DNA of 64,000 nucleotides from the human T2T-CHM13v2.0 reference genome, Homo sapiens: assembly GCF_009914755.1 (NCBI RefSeq), contig NC_060940.1; one strand, 5' to 3'. Both the position numbers and the translations under genes were made by a program. The notes under the pieces are model-generated. The model had not been told where the DNA came from, did no database searches, and was given only the letters and a program-made list of their open reading frames with translations. Every line of letters starts with the position of its first letter. Position 1 is the first letter of the stretch. This document shows positions 55,329 through 64,000 of the stretch, piece after piece.

Positions 55329-55705
55329 TGTATTAGTTTGCGAGGGCTGCCATCCCAAAGTACCACAGCCCGTGTGGCTTAGACAACAGAACTGCATTCT
55401 GCCATCATTCTGGAGGCTGCGAGTATGAGACCAAGGTGTCAGCATGTTGGTTCCTTCTGAGCCCTCTCTCTGTGGCTTGTAGATGATCTGCCTTCTTACC
55501 GTGTCTCCACATGGTCTTCCCTCTGTGTGTCTGTGTCCTAATCAAAGGATGCCAGTAGGATGGGATAAGGGCCCACCCTAATGACCTCATCTCACTTTAG
55601 TTACTTCTTTAAAGACTCCATCACCAAATACGGTCACATTCTGAAGTACTGGGACTTAGAGCTTGAACACACAAATTTTGGAGGGATACAGTTCAGCCCA
55701 TAACA
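55329..55705 (-). mobile_element. MLT1A/B LTR
   Basis: tgtattagtttgcgagggctgcc...gggcccaccctaatgacctcat...gttcagcccataaca. Confidence 0.85.
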
Positions 55706-57558
55706 GCCTCTTCTTAGGTAGTGATGACAGGGACCCTGTCCAAGTAAGGATCCTACACTAGGGACTTTCACCATGGCGAATCGTGTGATAAACACATGAG
55801 CCATCATTTACTGTGAGAATGCTTTTTTCACTCTCTTTCAAGTCCCAGGATTTGTAAGACCGTTTGTTCCAGATGAGCCATGGAGCATCCAGGGTCGGGC
55901 AGCTCAAGCCTTCTTATTTCTCCAGTTGCAGATGTGGATAACTCTCTTCATCAGTTTCTTGCATGCTGAAGGAGTGTGATGCACAGCATTCGGTACTGGG
56001 AGGTAGAGACTTTGCCTTCCAGCCCAAGGGGAAGATGGAAAGATGTATGTTTGGCTATTTCTCCTGCTTCCTGCAGCCCAGGCGGGGCTGGCAAATGGCG
56101 AGGTGCAAATTTTCATGGGTGAAGCTTGAGTAGGGAAGACAGCCAGGGCTGCCTGGTGCAGAAGTCAGCGTCTGAGCCAGGGAGAAAGACAAAGCAGGCA
56201 CTTAATGCAAATCTAATTTTTCATGCTGATGCCTATCAATTGTAGGGACTGCTTGAAGTGCTGTGTTTACATAGGTTCTGAGGCCGCATTCAGGTTGATT
56301 AGGAAGGAATGTCTTGATTGATTAAGGATGCCTGCTAGGGGCATGAGGCAGAGAATGGGGGTGTGTGTGATCTGTACCTACCATCCTTGCTTCTAAACGT
56401 GCTGCTGTTTTGCACAAAGGAGGGGTACTGGTGGACCATCTTGGTATTGCCTCTGGGCAAACGGCTTTTCCTGGGAGAGCAAAATATCATCAGCCTGATG
56501 TAAATAAAATGGGGCATTCATTTCTTGCTCTGGGAAGGGGATATTTTCAAGATCCTTAAGGCCAAACAAAAAGAAAAGAATCCTTATTCTTTAGAGACTC
56601 TAAGCAGCTTATGGGTTAGAAGTCCCTCTTTCTATCCCTTTGAATTTTCTCTGAATAGGGACCTTATAGGACAGATACAAACTGTCATCTATCGCAGTCA
56701 ATAAAACACATTCATGTCACAGAGTTCTAACCCCACAGAGTGCCTTTAAGTCTGTAGCCCTGAGTAGGGGAGTCCTAAAAACATTTTACAAAGCATGTCT
56801 GTGGGGTTGGGGTGGGGTTTGATGCAAATGTTCTCATCCTCGGAGTCCAGAGTCCTTGATGGCTTGGATTTCCACAATGGGATAGAGCCACTTTTTCTTC
56901 TGCAGTTCTAGAAGCACCAGTAGCAAGGATGGCAGACATGTGGCACGTACTCCCACTTCACGCTCTTCGTGCTCTTGGCACACATCATTAGTTGATCAAG
57001 ACACACTTGGTCTCGGCCTGTCTGTGACTGCTGCTCTTTCCCACGCTTGCCCCCAGAGGAAGTACTGCTTGACTAATCCCATGAGGCATTTTTTCCCCAT
57101 CTGTAAGATGGAAACTGGAGTTGCCTTGGAATTCTAAAGCTCCTTCCGGATCTAATTGTGTCTTATTTCCACACCCTTCTGATTTTACTTTGTAGACTGA
57201 TAGCTTCCTGTCTATCCCAGCCACCGTAGCTGTCAGGCTCTGCATTTTGAAGTGTGAAATACGGTGAACTTGCTACCTCTGGATATGCCAATTTGTCTTT
57301 TCTAATGCTGTAGACGGGATTGCAGCTGAAATTCGCCTTCTGATCTGCTGATAAAGCAAAGCACTGTTGGGTGAATACAGATATGGATGAGTGTATTAGT
57401 TATCTATTGCTGTGTAACAAATTACCCCCAAGCTTAGCGGTTTAAAACAACAGACATTTATTATTTCATGGTTTCTCTGTGTCGGCATTTGTGCAATGGC
57501 TTTGTGGGGTGCCCTGCCTCAAGAATCTCTCACAGGCTGTAATCACGATGCCTGCCAG

Positions 57559-57915
<357 letters not shown>

Positions 57916-58166
57916 TCAATTCACCCATGAATCTGGCTGGACAGAGCCCTTCAGTTCTTTCTGGCTGTCATTTGGAGATACTAGTTTCCTGCCACACAAA
58001 CCCCTCCAGTAAGCAGCTCACATCTTGGCAACTGGCTTCTCTTAGTGAGAGCAAATGAGTGAGAGAGGGCACCCAAGTCAGAAGTCACAGGATTTTTCAA
58101 AATAACCTAATCTTGGAAGTGACACCCCATTCCCTCTGCTTTATTCATTTAATTAGAAACAGTTAA

Positions 58167-58729
58167 GGCTGGGCACAGTGGCCCATGCCTGTAATCCAGC
58201 CCTTTGGGAGGCTGAGGCAGGAAGACTGCTTGAGGCCAGGGCTTCAAGGCCAGCCTAGGCAACATAGCGAGACCTTGTCTGTACAAAAAATTTTTAAAAT
58301 GGCCGGGTGTGGTGGCTCACACCTGTAATTCCAGCACTTTGGGAGACTGAGGCGGGCGGGTCATGAGGTCAGGAGATCGAAACCATCCTGGCCAACATGG
58401 TGAAACCCCATCTCTACTAAAAGTACAAAAAATTAGCCAGGCGTGGTGGCGGGCACCTGTAGTCCCAGCTACTCAGGAGGCTGAGGCAGGAGAATCACTT
58501 GAACCAGGGAGCCAGAGATCGTGTCACTGCACTCCAGCCTGGGTGACATAGTGAGACTCCATCCAAAAAAAAAAAAAATTTAGCAGGGCATTGTGGCACA
58601 CACCTGTAGTCTCAGCTACTTGGGAGTCTGAAGCAAGAGGATTGCTTGAGTCTAGGAGTTTGAAGCTTCCGTGAGCTATGATTATACCACTGCACTGCAA
58701 CCTAGGTGAGAGCCTGTCTCAGAAAAAAA
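58167..58729 (+). mobile_element. AluJ split at its A-rich linker by AluSc
   Basis: Left arm 58167-58300, right arm 58579-58729; TSD agttaa. Confidence 0.9.
58301..58578 (+). mobile_element. AluSc-like with internal deletion
   Basis: tcatgaggtcaggagatcgaaaccatcctggccaacatgg. Confidence 0.9.
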
Positions 58730-58734
58730 GTTAA

Positions 58735-59050
<316 letters not shown>

Positions 59051-59169
59051 TCAGCTATTACTCAACGGAATAGGACTCTCCAAGTGCATGCATACCAAGA
59101 GGTGAGATCATCAGGTACCATTTTAGAGTTTACCTACCACAATTAGATAAATGATGATGTGATTAGTAA

Positions 59170-59690
59170 CAGTGAAAATGGCTAACAAATATGAAGCCCA
59201 TACTAAATGCCAAGTACCACAATTAGGGACTTAAATGGATTTTAATATTTATTCCGCATTATACCTCAAAGAGAATTCACCATTGTCCTCATTTCACAGA
59301 TAAAAGAAACTGAGGCTCAGCAAGGTTAATAACTTGTCCAGGCAGCCTGAGTCTAAAGGCCAGATTTTTAACTAAGAGATTCTGTTACCCTTGGTCTATT
59401 TTAGGGCATTTCCTTAAACACCGTCCAGAACTTCAAAAGTGCTTGTGAGTGTGCCCCCTGTCTGGGAGCACAAGAACGACCATGGGTTTGGGACTGAGAT
59501 AGAATCTGTAATCAGGTTCCTTCTCTGTTACTGAACACTGTGATCTTCAGGATGTTATTATCCTCTTGAACCTCATTTTCCCCATCTGCAAAATGGAGAT
59601 GATAATCGTTCCCACATCATAAGATTATTGTGAGAATCAAGAGGCAGGCTCTGCAAAGCAGCCAGCTCATAGTCAGAATTCGGTATGAGC
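59170..59690. mobile_element. Two oppositely oriented MIRs (59170-59390 minus, 59470-59690 plus)
   Basis: gaaactgaggctcagcaaggttaataacttgtcc; cctcattttccccatctgcaaaatggagatgataat. Confidence 0.7.
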
Positions 59691-60499
59691 TCGCCTCCTC
59701 TCTCCCTGCTTCCCAATAATTTATTCTAATTTTGACAATTCTTTTCTCTCCCCTGAAGCACTTCTCTGAGAACTGCTTTATTCCAGTCATTCCTTAAAGT
59801 AATAACACTTAAAACCCTATAAAAATGCTCTTCAATTCAGGTTGCCTCCCCTAGGAAGTCCTGGTGATGGAGACTTGACTGCAGTATTGTCAAAGTGATA
59901 GATTACTTTAGGGTTCCATCAAGGGTCATCTCATGTCCTGAAACTACCCGTGAAGAAGAGAACATTTGGTGGGAAGGACAAGGGGGCTCAATGTAGCTTC
60001 CTGTTCTCCATCTGAAGTTCAGCTTGGATGTCTTGCCTTCTGAGCAAGAGGAGAGGAGCCGAGGGGACCAATGAAGACTTGCTTTCCCAGCAGACATCAG
60101 TATTCAACTCCGTCATTGTACAGAGTGATCTGTTTTGAGTGTGGACTCCTTGGCTTGGGTAGATGGGGAAGCCGGATGGAAGAAGGTCTGTGCAGTGACA
60201 ACAGGCGTTTGGAATCTCCACCTGCCAGTTACTTGACAGATGTTCTGGATTTGGGGGAAATGATACTCTGCACAGGGACATGCCAGAACATCTCTTTCTT
60301 CCCCCATTAGCTTGACTTGTCCATCAGGTCTCAGTCTTGTGCCCTGTCTATGTAGGAATGCAAGTCTACTTGAATCACCCCTGGGAGATGGAGAAGACAC
60401 TCATCAGGACTCATTGACCTTCCCATTTCTGAGCTTGGAGCATTCACTGATAAAACTCAGTGTTTTTTTTTTTCTTTTAACTTAAATTTTTCTTTAATA

Positions 60500-61030
60500 C
60501 CTTGCTGGAGATTTAAGAATAAAACCTGAGACTCCTTTACTTGACCTGTGAGACCCAGCAACCTCAGAAGCCCTTTCACCTCAGCAGCCTCTCTCAGACC
60601 TGATTCCCTTCTTCTTCAATGCTCACCTCAGTGGAGACTCCGGTCCCCTGTAATACCCCCAGGCCTTTGCACAAAGTGTCCTTCCCAGAATTTTTTTGCT
60701 TAACTTCTCCCTGTTTCATCACTTTGAGAATTCCTTTTCCTCTTTCAGGGATCAGTGTAGGTGTCATTTCCTCAGGCAAGCCCTCCGGGAGTTCTCCAGA
60801 CAATGTCCACCCCCTATTCTGTGCTATCCAAGCTCCTTGTGTTTTTCTTCCTGGGACCCATTATAGGTGTCACTACATAATTATCTGGCTATTGTCCAAG
60901 TGCCCTACTGGACTGAAGCATTACGGAGGCCAGGGAGAAGAACCATCTTGTTGTCTATTGTTTCTTGAGTTCGTAGCACAGGGTCTGTGATGGAGCAGAT
61001 GCCTTCTTCTTTTTCAATGAATGGGGGAAT
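60500..61030 (+). mobile_element. L2 3' part
   Basis: aggcctttgcacaaag...tgtcatttcctcaggcaagccc. Confidence 0.65.
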
Positions 61031-61469
61031 GATGAGAAAACAGGAGAGAGGAAGAGGGAACCAAAGATGATGTGAGAGTTTCAGATCTTGCAGAAGCTGA
61101 CAGCACGAGTTGGCTTTGGGTTACCCTAGATTGTTGAGTGGACCCTGAGGGTGAGGACTTGGGTTCTTTTCTCTGTTGCAGAAAACTCAAGTCTGGAAAG
61201 GTTGGTTGGTCTTGGTCTCTGTTCTTGAAGGTACAGAGGCAATGTTATGAGGAAATTGGGGCATTGAGACTTGTATTTCTATCCCTGGGATGCTTTAATG
61301 TACTTGAGACCACAGAAGATGAAAGCTAAAAAGCAAGGCACAACTAATGGTTATGTCTTCCAAGATGGTGGAGCTCATGTCTATCTTCCAGGCATAGGAA
61401 GTTTTGTCACACCTCTGCTTGCCCTCAGTATGCTCTGCCCTTGGTATGCATTATCTCCCTGAAATGGAA

Positions 61470-62340
61470 TAATGATGATGATAGTAGTGGGAGTGATGAT
61501 GATGAAGTTGGTGGTCGTGGGCATGATGATGATGATGTTGATAATGATGGTGGTGGTAGTGGTGATGAAGCTGTTGATAATGGAGATTTATGGTGATGAT
61601 AATGATAATTATGGTAGTGGTGGTGGGGAGAAGATGATTATGGTGAAGACGATGATGTAATCATGATGGAAGATAATAGTGATGATGATGATGATGGTTG
61701 TGGTGCTGGTGGTGATGATGATGGTGGTGAGGTGTGATGGTGATGATAATGGAGGATTATGGTGATGATGGTGATGGTGGTGGTGGTGATGATGATGATA
61801 ATGGAAGATAATGGTGATGATGATGGATAATGATGGAGATGAAAGACGGTGGTGATGGCAGATGATGGTGATGATGATGGTGGAAGATGCTGGTGTGGCG
61901 GGGTGTGATGGTGATGATAATGGAGGATTATGGTGATGATGATGGTGATGATTGAAGATGATGGTGTGGTGGGGTGTGATGGTGATGATAATGGAGGATT
62001 ATAGTGATGATGGTGATGATTGAAGATGATGGTGTGGCGGGGTGTGATGGTGATGATAATGGAGGATTATGTGATGATGGTGATGATGATGATTATGGGA
62101 GATGATGGTGATGGAAGGTGACGGTGATGATGATGATGGAAGATGATGGTGCTGGTGGGGTGTGATGGTGATGATAATGGAGGATTATAGTGATGATGGT
62201 GATGATGATGATTATGGGAGATGATGGTGATGGAAGATTAACAGTGATGATGATGATGGAAGATGATGGTGCTGGTGGGGTGTGATGGTGATGATAATGG
62301 AGGATTATGGAGATGATGATGATGGAATATGATGGTGATA
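61470..62340. repeat. (GAT/GGT)n array with higher-order units
   Basis: ~870 bp; the 30-mer ggtgtgatggtgatgataatggaggattat recurs six times. Confidence 0.95.
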
Positions 62341-63880
62341 CAATAGCTAAAACTTGAATGCTGACTTACATGTCAGTATTCTGGTAAGCAGTTTAAATAC
62401 ATCTCATTTAGTCTTTGCAAGTGTTCTGGTAAATTCCCTTTCTGGCATTTTCTGCATTTTCATACATAAGAACGCCAAGGCAGAGATAAATGTCCTAACT
62501 TGCCCACAGTCACACCACAAGTAAGCAGCAGTGTCAGACGCTGCCTGTCCAGCTTTGCCTGACACTAAGTCTCTGTGGGCAGCAGAGGGAAGGTTGGGGT
62601 ATTTCTGCATGATAGGAATTCCTAGGCGCAGTTGGCTTTTTACAAGTTTCTTTCCTGTTCTCCTCTCATGCTTCCCTTGGCTGTGGCTAACCCTGTGCTT
62701 ACACATGAAGGGCACATGATGTGGGTGAATTGAGAATTATTAGCTTCCTTGGAAGGAGGATAAAGGGCAAAGAATTAGGCACAAACATCCTTAATGTCCA
62801 GGGCTCACCTCAAAGGGCTGGGCTCTGAGACACTGGTTTAAGTTCTGATCAGCCAGGTAGGTTAAAAGAACAGTTCTGAAACTGGATAGACTTCCATTCA
62901 AGTTCATCTATTAGCCCTTCCCAGCTGTCTGACCTTGGGCAGGATGACGTCCTTGTTTTTCCTTTTTTGACTTGGTTTCTTTGTCTGTAAAATGGGGACA
63001 ATGGTGTCTATTCCTAGTGCTACCATGCCATGGAGTAAGTCCTTACATATTAGCTGGTGGTATTATTGTTGCTATAATTATTATTGCAGGAGTTCAGAGC
63101 CACCCAGAGGAAGGGGTGTGCCCAGTGCTTGACGTGATGACCTCTCTCGGCCTTGCCAACAGTCCTAAAGATGGATGATTTTGCTGAGGAATAGCTGTCT
63201 CTCCAAGAGGGCAAATAGGTTCCTCAGGGTCACCCAGCTCATATAGTGCCAGGGCTAGGATGTGCATCTCTGTCTGAACTCCCAAGCTGTCTTTTTCCCT
63301 CCACCAGACCTGGGCATTCCAGGTAGCTGGCAACCTTCTTGGCACCTTAAGCGCTGAATCCAAGGATGTCTCACAGCCCAGAGCATCTGGAAGGAGGTCA
63401 GACCCAGGCCTGGCCTGTTATTTTCACTGCTGTCTGTCTTTGTGCTGCCTGCAGGCTGACCTCGGCCACTGTTAGAGGCCTGTGAGCCACAGCCACTGAC
63501 CTGGTCTGAACCTGTCCTCAGCTTCTACTGTGGCAGAGCTTGATCAATCTAGGGAAATGGAGAAAGGGTGACTTTTATTTTCCCCTTCTCTCTGTGGCCA
63601 CGCAGTGATGGTGGAAGAGGTTAGGGACCACCTATGTTGGGCTCATCTCGTTCATTTTGGGAAGGGCTACAACTACCAGTTACATCCCAAGGCAGACACT
63701 GGTAAGTGACATACATGCTTCATTTCATTAAGTCCTCATTGCAACCCCACGATGTGGGTGGTATCACCTGCCCCCCTTACAGAACAGGAAATGGAGATTA
63801 GGAGCTTTGCTCAGGGGCACCTGGAACCAGGACTTGAACCCAGGTTCCTCCTATTCATAGCTGCAACTTGACCTTCTCTA
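62335..63880. mobile_element. Cluster of MIR fragments (62335-62570 -, 62850-63080 +, 63165-63290 -, 63690-63880 -)
   Basis: aacttgcccacagtcacac; ctgaccttgggcagg...tctgtaaaatgggga; ggacttgaacccagg. Confidence 0.65.
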
Positions 63881-64000
63881 GGTGCTCGGCCTTGTGGAGG
63901 CAGAGAGAGGCGTCCTGGGAACCTGGCGTTGCTATCCGGAGCCCTTTCAGGGAGAATTACTTTGGGATAGCTGAGAGCTTTTGAGAATGGAATCCCCCGC

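Noticed and set aside
61472-62340. Met/Val-rich ORF and CRISPR-like repeat-spacer look
   Set aside because: Eukaryotic simple repeat; the 'spacers' are the same GAT/GGT sequence with irregular lengths, and there are no cas genes.

Overview
This is primate (very likely human) genomic DNA: about 64 kb, dense in repeats and almost entirely non-coding. It holds about 24 Alus (J/S/Y), many MIR and L2 fragments, MaLR/ERVL LTRs (THE1, MLT1, MLT2, LTR33, MER73/89-like), old L1M pieces, MER5A/MER20/MADE2 DNA transposons and several microsatellite expansions. There are no prokaryotic features, and nearly all six-frame ORFs are repeat-derived noise. The only convincing exon is a 39-nt, frame-preserving + strand microexon at 40886-40924 with textbook splice sites (phase-0 peptide DLLCLPYSLVEGQ). 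From memory it fits a far-upstream exon of long RBFOX1 isoforms (16p13.3); this is unverified. The most unusual observation is a cluster of four short (95-220 bp) locally templated insertions within 6.7-24.6 kb. Each was copied from a donor 0.8-1.9 kb away (three direct, one inverted with a second template switch), with microhomology, stutter or fold-back at the junctions, and one creates a new CAG|GTGAGT donor site. Also noted: a twin-primed 5'-inverted ancient L1 with an intact TSD, a three-generation Alu stack, a candidate RE1/REST site, several AT-rich candidate conserved enhancers and a higher-order (GAT)n VNTR. Repeat subfamily calls and percent identities are by eye, and boundaries of old repeats are approximate.
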